Source: the human T2T-CHM13v2.0 reference genome, Homo sapiens | Strand: one strand, 5' to 3' | NCBI RefSeq assembly: GCF_009914755.1 | Contig: NC_060927.1 | Length of the DNA stretch: 64,000 nucleotides | Shown here: positions 40,938-52,560 of the stretch, one piece after another | Layout: every line of letters starts with the position of its first letter | Position numbering within the stretch: the stretch's first letter is position 1 | Made by a program: the position numbers and the translations under genes | Notes under the pieces: generated by a model | What the model was told of the DNA's origin: nothing | What the model saw: only the letters and a program-made list of their open reading frames with translations | The model's database searches: none

Positions 40938-41194
40938 TGCACAGGATTTTCATGGATGGGAAAGAAAGGCTGCACAGAGGAATGGCTATGATGTGAAGGA
41001 GAGGGTGTTCAGAAGCTTGTCATGGGTGGATGGGGCAGCTGCATAGAGCCATACCATTGTTGGGAAGGGAATGATGCAGAAAGCATTGTTGTTGATGGGA
41101 AGGAAAGGTCATATGGATTCTTGTTATGGATTGAAGGTTGCATATGTCATAGATGGGAAGCAAAGGTCTCACGGAAGCTTGTCACAGATGAAAT

Positions 41195-41536
41195 TGATAT
41201 GGTTTGGCTGTTTCCCCACCTAAATCTCATCTTGAATTGTAATCCCCACGTGTCAAGGAAGGAAGGTAATTGGATTATGGGGGTGGTTCCCCCGGGCTGT
41301 TCTCATGATGGTGAGTTCTCGTGAGACCTGATGATTTTATAAGGGGCTCTTCCCGCTTTGCATCTCTGTCTCACCTGCCGCCATGTAAGATGTGCCTGCT
41401 TCCCCCTCCACTATGATTGTAAGTTTCCTGAGGCCTCACCAGCAATGCAAAACTGTAAGTCAATTAAACCTCTTTTCTTTATAAATTACCCAGTCTCAGG
41501 CAGTTATTTATAGGAGTGTGAAAACAGACTAATACA
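41195..41536 (+). mobile_element. THE1 (THE1D-like) solo LTR inserted in the tandem array
   Basis: Starts TGATATGGTTTGGCTG, contains 'tgattgtaagtttcctgaggcctc' and 'attaaacctcttttctttataaattacccagtctcagg', and ends 'gactaataca'. Confidence 0.92.
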
Positions 41537-44500
41537 AAAAAATGAATACTGCACAGAATGTTGTCATGTAACTAAGGGAAGACTTCATGGAAGCTTTCCA
41601 TGGATGGAAGGAAAAGTTGCAAAGAAGCTTCACGTGGATTGGAAGGGAGGTTGCTCAGAGGCATGTCATGAGTGGAAAGGGAAGGGTGCAGAGGTTATGG
41701 ATGGAAGGGAAGGTTGTACCGAAACTTATGGATAGTGGACCAAGACCAGAGAGAAGGAAGAGGGAGGGAGGATCGCCTGGGTCTCTAGCTAGTTATGGGT
41801 TCTTCACCAAGTGCAGTGTATTCTGCCTGAGGAGAAGTGGGTATGAGACCAGGGGCCAGTCGGCCACCAGAGGTGTGAGGTCAGTTCCCTCATCCAGCTG
41901 GGGATGGGCTGGGGACACAGACCAACTTCTCAGGGCACTCAGGCTGGCGGCAGAGTTATACCAGCTCTGCGACAATGGCAGGGTGACAGGTCACAGTGTC
42001 AGGGTGCTTGAGATAGCCTGAGGTCCATGGGAGACCTAGCAGGCCGTCAGGTCTGGGTACAGTCTAACTAGGCCTGAGATCTGGCCTTGCTTTTCAAATG
42101 GTGAACTTGAGCAAGTTACTGTATCACTTGGAGACATTGTGGGTTTGTTTTTGTTTTGTTTTGTTTTAAGGAAAAACAGAGCTTCTACCTTATATGGGCC
42201 TGCTTGGGATTAAATGAGGTAATGCTTCGCACATTGTGCAGTGAGTTGTGATTACCTAAGAATGAGTTTTTGAACTGCCTTGGTGTTTTAGAAATCTGTG
42301 GCCTGCATTATGTTCTGAAAGCATCACTGTTGCTGGAAGTAGAGAGGACCGTTGGGAGGCTATTTAATGACAGTGAAAACAAGGGCATGGGCTAGGGCTC
42401 TCCTGTAGGCTAGACTTGGGAGTGCTCTGTGGGCATGGGGGCTGGAGAAGTTGGGTGCTCTGGGTGTGCAGCTGGACCAGCTGGGTGTTGGTGCTGCCGA
42501 CCCAACTGAAATTCAGGAGGAGGAGATGTTGGGATGAGGGCTAGCCACATCTGGTCCATGTGGGCCCATGGCCACCTGCTGGGCTGCATGGCAGGCAGGG
42601 GACAGCAGGTCTTGAGCTGGGCACCATGCTGGTGTGCTGAGGGGACAAGGGCAGGGGCCACAGGTGGAGCTCGCACACAGGCAGAGGCCCAGGGTCCAGC
42701 AGAAGAGAACCAGAGTAAGTGGCCAGAGAGGCAGTGAGGGCCAGGCAGGTGCCGTCAGCTGAGCAGTGAGGCTCGGCATGGGGCCCAGGGGAGTGGGGCA
42801 GGGGGAGCCCCAGGCAGCACCTCTCTAAGCAAGGAGAAGCTGCTGTGGCCTGGGACGGAGATGGAGGCAAAAGGGGGTTTCGATTTGAAAAGCTTTTCCA
42901 TATTTTGAGAGATGAATGTGTTTTGGATGGAGTGCGGGGAATGGAGAAGGTCCAGGAGAGGTGGTCAGTGGGAGAGGCCCGCTCAGGCACAGGGGTTGGG
43001 AAGGAACCACATGGGGCCTCTGGACTCTGCTGTGTCTGTGGTCTCAGCCGACAGGGTGGGGGCTCTGGGAGTCAGGCAGACCTATGCGGCCTGCTTGCCA
43101 GGGACCAGGACCCATGTGCCTTGTCTGTGGCCATCACACTCTCAGGGCCATCAGGAGGCTGGATGTGGGGTCTTCTGTGGTCCTATTTACTGAATGCCAA
43201 TGATTCCTTCAGGGCCACACTGCGTTACTGAGCATGTTCTGACCGGGCCGTCTTGGGCATCACCTGCCATTCTCCTGCCATCCTCTCAACAGCTCTGTGG
43301 GGTGGGGTCCTCCCCCATACCTGATGCACCGACCACACAGTGGAAAGTGACAAAGCCAGCGCCTTGCCCCAGGTTTGTCTGATCCCAGAACCTGTGTTCT
43401 TTCCACTAGACCAAGAGTCCCAGCCTCAGACATCTGCCAGCTCCTTGTTGAAGAGACACCATGATTATGCAGACTCGCTAATGCCCTAACATGCCTGAGG
43501 AGGAGGCACCACTGAGGCTGGGCGAGGTCTGAACTAGGTCTCGAATGATATCAGAGCTTACGCTGTAGAGGGAGGGACCCTTTAAGGTAAGGTCCCACCC
43601 TCCAAGCCCTACGTTGGCAGTTCCACCACCCCAGCATATCCTCAGCTCTTCTCTGCCAAGTGCCTCCAGTAACCCAGCCTTTCTGCAAGCTCACCCCACT
43701 CCGGACCCTGGCCCCACCTCGGTTTCTCACACTGATGGCTAGGTTGCTATGAGAGCTGCACTTCACAGCATGCAATTCTGTTCTTCTATGGGGCAAGCGG
43801 TGTTACTGTTCCCATTGTACCAATGAGGAACATAAGAGCCAGTGAGGTGAGCCAACTTCCTGGGCATTGTCTTTGATGCCTGTGCAAACAGACACCCCAT
43901 ACACCAATGCGAATGGTGTGAACCCCTTCGAAGCCACATGGACCATTAGATCTTCATTCTCCAAGGAAATGTCCTTACACAGGGGTACAGGACTTATTTC
44001 TATCCCTGGCAAGTTTGTGGCACACTTTGGATACCTTTATCTGTGCATGTGAAGAGTAGCTGTTTGCAAGACCATGTTTCTGAACATGGGAGCTGTTTTG
44101 TATGCATTGTAAACAGGGTCATGGTGTGCCAGGGCTGGGAGGGGTTCAGGGTGGATAGAGTGCACCTACTTTTGTGAATGGCTTCACCGAAGGCCTAGCC
44201 CTGCCTTGCTTCAGAGAAAGCTTTTCATTTCCAGAGCTATGCTCTCCCTGTCTTATCCCATTCAGAGCCTTTTTGTGGACAAATGGGTGAAATTTCTTCC
44301 AGTTGACATTTGCCTTCCATTCTGTCTCCTCATATTGTTCTGATAAGTCCCAGGAGAGAGAGGCTGTCATGGTCCCACGGGCGATACTGGCAAGGAGGGG
44401 ATAGATTTCGCCATGGCCCAGTTTCTCCTAAACTGGGAGCCCACTGCGAGGTTTGCCCTCAAAATGCAGAGGCCCTTGTCCTGGGACCTGAAACTAAAGT

Positions 44501-47500
44501 AGGAGAAGCCAGTGAGGAGGGGACACAGCCAGGCTGACCATGGGGAGAGGGGCAAATGTGGCTGTGTCTTCCTGCACATCGCCATTCTGCAAAGTGTCGG
44601 CGTCTCTGTTGTGCCTCTGTAGAGGGCAGGGCTCAGCAGGTCAGCCCTCCAGCTCCATGAGGCTCAGCCACATGACTCAGGCTGGGGCCACTTAGCCTCC
44701 GCCTGTCCTGTCTATGGTACCTCTTTTCACATAGATCAGTAAGCCTCACAGAGTTACAGCTTAGGACAGCTCTGCCCTGACTAAGCCTGGGGCTTCCCCT
44801 GAGCCACTCACCATGACACACAGGTCCCCTCAGTGCCTGCTGGCCTCCACGGTGCAGCCAGGAACCAGGCTCACCAGGGCCCCATGAGGGCAGGGTGGGG
44901 TCCTGCTTCAGGGGAGTGCAGCAGAGGCTATGATGGAAGTCATGCTCTGGGGTCTCAGACTCTAGAGGGCCAGCACCGTCAGGAGGAACAGAAGACACAG
45001 CAAGAGGCTGGTATGAGGGGACAGCAGTATAGGTGACAAGAGAGAGCCCAGGGAGACTGGCAGTGCCACTGAAGGCACCCACTGCCCTGCAGATTTAACC
45101 CTGCCTGGGGAGGGGAGAGCACAGCCTTCTAAGGCTGGAGACTCAGGGAGCAGAACAGGAGGGGAGGCCTCTGCGATGGAGGCAGAGAGCCTGGCCTGTG
45201 ACTTGAAAGTGCTCCTAAAACAGGTGTCAGAACACTCAGAACCAAAGCTGTATGTGCAGTCCCTGAGAACACCTGCCTGAGACGAAATGCCATGAGGCCA
45301 GCCGTCCCCCAAGGAAGAAGCAGCCTAAAAAGCCCACAACTAGACACACCCATGTCACAGTTCTTAAATACAGATGTGGAGCCGTGCTTAAGCACCTGGA
45401 GACAAATCAGGGGCTGCCCCAGACACCCCAGCTGTATTCTTGCCCCAGCCGCCTGTGCGGCAGCTGACGCAGGCCAGGGAAGCGGGTCTCCGGAGCTGGG
45501 CAGAGGACTGCACACCAGGGGCTCATCTGCCCTGCATATGTAAGAACGAGAAGTCAATGCAGATAAAAACCCCCCCACCCAGTCCTCTTCAGGAAATAAG
45601 AGGACCCTTTAAGACTTGGTGCATGCAATGCAGACTTGAGTCAGAATTGTGACCTCAATGGCTAGGATGGGGTGGAATTCAAGGACCCAGGCCAGGGCTG
45701 GGCCACCATGGCCTCCCCCGGCAGGAAGGGGAAGGCGTGCTCTCCCTTCACATCCTTTACCTTGGCGCTGGTGTGGCATGGCAGTCACAGGCGGCTGCAC
45801 CCCACCCCACACTCATCCCTCCCCGTCTTTAATTTAGGGACTGTTCGTTTTGTTCATGCCCTGGGGATGGGTCTTGCTGGCCTTAGCTGAACATGGGACA
45901 CTCACTGCTCATGTTAGCGATGGTGTTAGGCATGGGTATGTGACCTGGTCCTAGACAGTGAGTGGAGGAGAAACCTGGAGTGGGGTTTGAGGGGAGCATT
46001 GTCCCGCGTAGTCAGATGAGACAGCAGAGAGACCTGCTCCTCCCTGCTCCCTTTGACCTCTGCTGCAGAGAGGACTGCGCTGCATACAGTGGCCTGGGGA
46101 TGACATGGACGAGAAGGGAAGACCAGACCCAGGTGGCATCACTGCTAAGTCAGCAGTGTACAGAAGTGTCCACCCGCAGACTTCCAGAGCAAGACAGCTA
46201 AATATGGGGTCCTGTTCCCAAGCTGTCGAGCATCCTGGTGCTGGTGGTTTCTAGCTGAGGAACTGTGTTCAAGTTATCGTTAGATGATAACGGCTCTGGA
46301 GACCCTGGTGGGAGAGCAACTGACCTACATATCTCTCTCTCCACGTACCTGGAGTGGAGCTGTGGCATGTGTGACAGTGATCCTTTCTATTGCTAAGAAA
46401 CTTGAGGAATGGCTTTCTACATTTTTACAGCTCTTTTTGGTGCCCTCAGCCGTGAGTGGTGTTCAATTTGGAAAGGCTGTTAAGTGTTACAGTGGGTCCG
46501 TCTACAGCTGGGAAGGGTCCTGGCCTAAAACCCACTTAAGAAAACAAATGAGCAGCAACAGTACATCCAAAGCCATGTAAATAAATATGTCCCGCTCCTC
46601 CACTGTCCAGCTGCATGGCCTTAATTCTCTGAGCCTCAGTTTCCTCATTTGTGTGAACAGCATGATGAACGATAGTGTCTGCTACCAGAGCTGTAAGGAG
46701 CAGCACTGAGCACGCCCAGCAGCCGGAGGACAGCACCTGGCTGGCAGGGGGAGTGCACGAATGTGCTGTTGTGTGTGTCAGTGTGCGCACGAGAGAGAGA
46801 GAGAGAGAGAAATCTGGAAGGAGACCAACCAATCCAAAATTACGCTCAGGAGGCTGGGCCAGTGACTGACTTTAGTTTATCTATATTTGCTCTTTTTTTC
46901 CACAACTTTAGAAAGTGAACTTACTCACTTTTGTGGGTTCTAAAACTACTTTGAAAAAGAAAGAAAAAAATAGTAAATTACCCCCAAAATATTATAATGG
47001 TTACCTCTAAGAAGTAAAAAGAACATTTTTCATTTCTTTAGACATTTCTGTAGATTTCATTTTCCTTATTGCACGCATATTAGTTTTAAATCAGGAAAAA
47101 AAATAAGTCACATGGTTATAGTCACGGGTAAACCACAGGCACAGGAAAGCCCAGGAAAGCAGCTGACAGCTATCCTGGGCACAGTGGGGCGGGCTGTCTC
47201 AGGCATAAAGGGATGGCTATCCTGGGCACAGCGGGGCGGGTTGTCCTGGAGGCGGGCTGCACCATCCTCATGGGGGCCCTCCAGTGGGGCTTTCCTGTCT
47301 CCTGAGTGTACACAGGCCCCAGTGAAGGAGCCCGGTGTGGAGCCCCATACCACAGCATGTTTCAGTGTCTGCTATATTGTGAGCCTAAGCCACCCACCAC
47401 AGGGCTTGACCCTGCGACCGTCCTCTCATTTCTAGAACGGGAAAGCACAGTGCTTCTCCTTGAGGGTTAAAAGGATGCTGCTGGGTGTCAGGGACTTAGC

Positions 47501-47597
47501 CTAGCGCCTGGGAGGTAGGTGGAGTGAATGTGAGTTGTTTCTCTCCCCTGCCTGCTGGCACCTGAGCCCCAGGCCTGCCTGCTCTTGTCTTCTGCAG

Positions 47598-47733
47598 GCC
47601 CCGCAGGGTGGAGCCCGTCTGCTCAGGGTTGCAGGCCCAGATTCTCCACTGCTACCGAGATCGCCCGCATGAGGTGCTGCTGTGCTCGGACCTGGTCAAG
47701 GCATACCAGCGCTGCGTGAGCGCCGCCCACAAG
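47598..47733 (+). CDS. CHCHD6: CHCHD6/MIC25 penultimate exon (exon 7), CHCH domain: (K)[45 protein letters not shown]
   Basis: Acceptor 'ctcttgtcttctgcag|G' and donor 'AAG|gtaagg'. Encodes CX9C-X10-CX9C, is locally CpG-rich, and is phase-compatible with both flanking exons. Confidence 0.97.
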
Positions 47734-50377
47734 GTAAGGCCTTGCCTGCCTCCCAGGTTTCCAAGGGCCTTGGGAGGTAGGCGAGGTACCTCTATCTAGC
47801 ATTGGAGATCTCTGCCTGCCTTTTCCTGTTAGAATCAGATGCTCCACTTGGAGGTCTCTGCATTTGCCAAGGGAGGGATTCTTCGCTTTCCTCAGTCACC
47901 TGCACACTCTCCTGGCTGCTTCCAGGAGCGCCTTGGACATCTGGCCCCAGGGAGATGATCCCTGTTGCGTTTGCCCTATTAGGCTGGGTGGGAGCAGGCT
48001 GGGTAAAGTCAGGCCCCACCTTCAAGGGCCGGGCCCCTTGTGGGTGCCGGGGACTTCTTAGCCCTCGGCACTTAGGGGTGGGAGGGTGGCAGAGGCCCGA
48101 GTGCAGAGTGGGGGTCCCAGCAAGGACAGGCCATCTGGAAGAGGAGTGGGAGCAGATGTGGCCATCAGAAGCTGCTCACAGCCACCCTGCCCTGAGCTGG
48201 TCTACAGGGGTGTGCTGGCTTGGCCTTCCTGGTGAGTGGTCCCAAGCCTCATGTGCTCTCTGGTCACCTCCCACTCCAGTGGGCCTCGGTTGTCCTGGAT
48301 GCCTGTGATGCGCTCCCAGCCAGCTCCTACTGCCTTCCTCCCCCACCCCCAACTGCTGCTCTCTATCCTAGATAAGTCCTCCCCCTTCCCAGGTCCCGTA
48401 GCGTCCTCTGGTGCAGTCAGGCTGTTCCCAGCCATACCTCACCCTTGCCCCACCCCAACAGGACAGCTCCCACCTTGGGGAGCATCATTCACTCTCAGAA
48501 CACCTAGTTTGGGCTCCCCAAGGAGTGCGGCCTGTTTGTGAAAATGTATGGGAGAAACAATAGGACGAGGTCTCCTTTCCCACGTAAAAGCCTCTTTGGC
48601 CTGAGTAGGAGACAGGCTGCTTTAGGTACTTGGGATGGAAAAGGCTGAGGCCAGATGCTCTGTGCTCTCCAGCCATGTCCAAGGGGAGATCTGTCCCACT
48701 GAACTGAGCGGGGTCCTGCAGCCCCAGGCCTGCAAGAGCTTCCTTGGGTCATGCCCTGCTCACACCCATCTGCCAAGGCTGATTGTTCCACTCTTTGCTG
48801 GTCACAGCCCCGTCCAGCACCAACTGTCCCTTCATGGCCAGAACACAGCCCAGAAGTAGCTCCACACAGGATGAGTGGTCGCAAGGCCTCTGTCAGCCTT
48901 CCAAGAGAGGGAAGCCCTGGGTAGGACAGGCGGCCTCCTCCTCCATCTCAGAGGATGGAAGGCTGCTCACTCTGCTTCCACGTGGGCAGGAGGCGCTGGG
49001 GCACTGGGTAGGCTGGGCCAGACCAGGGCCCTTCGCACCGACCAGACACTTAGCTCCCTACTCACCAGCAAAGTGAAGCCTCCAGATCCTCCACACACCC
49101 AATCAAGGGCAGCTCCGAGTCTCTGTTCATCACACACCTAACTCTTTACCGAGGGATCTGCTGCAGCCTCTTGGCTTCCTGGCAGGGCCTACGCCTCAGT
49201 GGCCAGCCCTAGACTCCATCCTCTCTCCATCCAGCCCCACCTCTGTGGTAGTTTTCAGCCCCTACCCACCACCCCTAAGAGTATTTCTTTAACAAACACA
49301 CCTCACCAATATATCTTCCTCGCACCAAGGCAAAAATGTGATTACCAAGGAAGACAGATCACATTAAACCCCAGTGTATTCCCTGAGAGAGGCTCTGGGA
49401 CACTGCCAGGTCTGGCTCCCTCCTTCCCGGCCCCTACCCCTGACATGACTAGCAAAGAAACCAGAGACTGAGCAATGGCAGTGCCAGAGGCCTGCCTGCT
49501 CTCCCCATGTGCTGCCTTGGCAGTGTGTGTGCATTTGGAGACGGCATATTCAACCTGACTCCCTCGGAGCCCCAGCACCCAGGCACTTGGGTGGTGCCCT
49601 GTGTGTGAGATGTGGCAAGTGCTGGAGAAACTCTCACCACCCTTCGCCAGCCTTCGCCTCAGAAGGCTGCTGGCAGAACCAGAGAGCGGGGAGTGAAGGG
49701 TCCCTAAGAGGGATTTGCTTATGCAAGGGGCCAAACAGCAGGGGACAGAGGCCCACATGGTCAAGGGCCTTGGGGTGGGGCAGCACTGCTTCTCTCTCCA
49801 GGATCTAACATCTGCCCTGGGGCTCCTAGGGCAGGTAGGTGATGCCTAGGCCCAGAGCCTGGCACCTGCCTGTGTGCAGATGTGCTGGGCATCTCAGATG
49901 AGGACAGGGGCCTCAGGCTGTCCACCACAGGACCCTGACTGTGCGGACCCCAGCATCCCAGCAGGCTCCCGCTGAGCTGTGAAAAATCAGAGAACAGAGG
50001 GGAGGCCTTGATGAGGCAGAGCAGAGTTGGGTTAGACTCTTCTATATCCAGGGTGCTTGTCAGAAACACCGCAGCAGGTTGAGGGGGCAGGGGCAGGGGA
50101 CCTGCCTTCTGAGCCAGCCCTGGGAGAGTAAAGGAAAGGGGAGCGGGTTCTGGTGTCACTGTCGTGTGGAGTGAGGGCCCGTCCCCTGTTGCTGGGGACT
50201 GTGCTGGGCTCCGGGGTACAGAGGTGAAGAGACTCACTGATGGGTCTCCAGGTGAGGAGGGAGACCAACTCACAGCTGCTCCCTGGGAAGCGGTTGCTGT
50301 CACAGGGCGATCTGCACGGAGCTGGAGGGCATGGGCGGAGTGGGCCCTGACTCAACTCTGACCTGTTCTCTTTGTAG

Positions 50378-50383
50378 GGCTGA
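50378..50383 (+). CDS. CHCHD6: CHCHD6 terminal exon, coding part (Gly-stop)
   Basis: Acceptor 'ctgacctgttctctttgtag|GGC TGA', with branch-point-like CTGAC upstream. Gives the C-terminus ...SAAHKG*. Confidence 0.92.
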   Translation, partial: G

Positions 50384-50585
50384 GGAGCAGACATCATTCC
50401 CTGCCCTGGCAGTGACTTGGAGCCCTGAAGAAGGGACCAATCATGGGACCACAGCCACTGTGCCCTGCCGTTTCCTGCTGGGCCCCTGCATATGCCCCTG
50501 AGCCTGGGGCTGCCACGTGTTTAGGAAACAAAGTATGCGCTACTGTCTGAAAACAAATAAAGCAGATGCCTTTGTTTTCAGTCGT
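50384..50585 (+). other. CHCHD6: CHCHD6 3' UTR (about 200 nt, end approximate)
   Basis: Lies between the TGA and the inferred cleavage site about 20 nt after AATAAA. Confidence 0.8.
50556..50561 (+). terminator. CHCHD6: Polyadenylation signal AATAAA of CHCHD6
   Basis: Canonical hexamer followed by 'tttgttttcagtcgttg' (U/GU-rich, with a CA at 50579-50580). Confidence 0.88.
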
Positions 50586-51430
50586 TGACTCACTGGCAAA
50601 CAGTCACTGCTGCCTACTCTGCGTCCAGCCCTCTGCTGGACACCAGCGAAGTGGAGCTGAGGAAGATGGGCTGCTCCCCTCGGGGAGTCCCTGGCCTGGC
50701 AGGGGAGATGGCCTGAGAACCCCTAATTACATTGCAGCAGCAGCAGCAGCAGCAGCAGGCTGCCGCGGAAACAGGGAGGAGAAGGAAAGGGAGCAGGCCT
50801 TTCTAGGGATGGCACAGAGGGAGAGCAGGCCAGCTTCCTGCAGCGAGTGCTGCCTGCGCCCGGGGCGGAAGCTGACCAGACGAGGGCAGGGCGGGCCGGA
50901 GACCCAGCAGAGTGGATCCCAGGTGTGAGGGCAGCAGGCAGTGGAGGAGAGCAAAGGTGGTCAAGGCAGGCAGGCGGCGCGGCTGCAGAGGCGGCAGGAC
51001 TGCAGTGCAGCAGGCTGAGTTGGCACTGTCTCTGAGTGATGTTGCTCCGGCTGTCAGGTGGTGCCAGGGAGACAGGACTCAATGCCAGGGAACATCACCA
51101 GTGTGGAGGGCCCCGCACAGCTCAAGCCCAGGGCGGGTTAGTGGGGCTGATTGGCAGGACTGAAACCGACTGAGCGACAGAAGAGGCCAGGTGACTTTGA
51201 AGTCTCTGACTTGGGTGTTGGGGGTTCTAAAATAAGGAATGCAGGGATTGAGGAGGGCAGATGACAAAGTGGGTTTGGGACATGCTCTGCCTGGTTGGTG
51301 TCCAAACACTGGACTTCCAGTCCTTGTCCTTTAGCCACGTCCTCCAGCCAAGGTGCCCTGACCACACTCAGCCTGTACCACGCCAGCAGGAGGATTTTGG
51401 GTTGGAGCCTGGGATCCTCTAACTGCTCTG
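50585..51430 (-). mobile_element. Highly diverged L2-like remnant directly after the poly(A) site
   Basis: 'gcctactctgcgtccagccctctgctggacaccag' and 'gtgggtttgggacatgct' resemble L2 3' sequence. GC-shifted, so uncertain. Confidence 0.4.
50735..50758 (+). repeat. (CAG)8 trinucleotide repeat
   Basis: Eight uninterrupted CAG units. Confidence 0.95.
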
Positions 51431-51989
51431 CCGGTGACCTTGGGTTTCCTGATAGAGCCCTTGGGGAGTCCCCATGCCATCTGGAGCTGAAAGCCTGCAG
51501 CCTTGACTCAGGCTTGGCAGCACAAACTTCCCTTCTCAGATTCTCACACTCAGAGCTCAAGGGGTGGGTTGGGGCTTGGGCGTGTCCTACTGGCTGGGCG
51601 GGTAGTATACTAGCAGCCAGACAGACAGCTTTGGGAGACTCCCTTTCTAGGAGTCCCGGGTCAGCCTGTGGAAATGCACAAGGAGACTCCATGCGGTGTG
51701 ATGCGGCGAGGAGGGGTGGGGTGCACTGGGCACCCTGGCCTGAGCCCTTCAGGGAGGGGCCTACTAAGAGGAGTGGTGAGGGGTCACAGGTCAGGCCTAT
51801 CCACCATGCTGTTCTGACTCCCTCAGAAGCATTTGGCTTCCAGGGCTTTGTCCAACTTCAGATCTCACAGGAATAACTTTCAGCTGTTCATCCTCTCCTC
51901 CAGGTGTCACTTTTGGGGGTTGACGCATCCTGGGGTGGGAAACAGACTCCCAGGTACACAGACACCTGTGGGCTGGATGCTGTCTGAGC

Positions 51990-52560
51990 CTGTACCAGCT
52001 GGCTCTGTCTGGGTAACAAACCACCCCCAGACCTCGTAGCTTAAAACAACGCCCATTTTATGTGGCTCATGATTCTGCTGGGTGGAGCCTACGGCCCAGG
52101 CCCACTCATGTCAGCCAACAGACCTGTGACCTCAAATGGCCTCCTGTGTCCAGCGGCCAGCGGCCCCATGGTTTCTTCCAAATGGCCCCTCCTTCTCCAG
52201 GCTAGCTCAGGTTCCAGTTTCAGGCTCCAGCACAGCCAGAGAGCCAGCTTCCAGGGGCAAGCACTTCCTGATCCTCTGCCTGCAACCCCTGGTTCCTTCA
52301 TTCCCTGGTAGCCAGTCTGGTCAGATTGCAGTTGGCCTGAGAGGAGTGAAAAGACCTCTTTGGCCTCTGAGCTCCACAAAGCCACCTCCTGCTTTGGGAA
52401 TGAGGCCAGAACGAGGTCGGCAGTGGCAGTGGCGGGTAGCAGCAACAGCCCTTTCCTGCCTGGGCAGGGCCTGTGCAAAGAAGCATCCAGAGACAGAGGC
52501 TGGTAGAGCAGCCTCATGAGATGGCACCGTTGCCCGCACGTCACTGCATGATTGACTCAG
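51990..52560 (-). mobile_element. Old MaLR LTR remnant (MLT1)
   Basis: 'gtaacaaaccacccc...gcttaaaacaac...gctcatgattctg' is typical of antisense MLT1. Confidence 0.6.

Larger units (their letters stand above)
39543..41725 (+). repeat. Long degenerate 34-bp tandem array (consensus about TGGATGGAAGGGAAGGCTGCACAGAGGCTTGTCA) with a homogeneous 37-bp sub-array
   Basis: Units start at 39643, 39677 and 39711 (period 34), then 39748, 39785, 39822 and 39859 (period 37). Decayed copies continue to about 41725, across two insertions. Confidence 0.9.

Noticed and set aside
50566-50954. Poly-Ala / poly-Leu ORFs over the CAG repeat
   Set aside because: Downstream of the poly(A) signal, with no promoter or splice support. 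These are simple-repeat translations.
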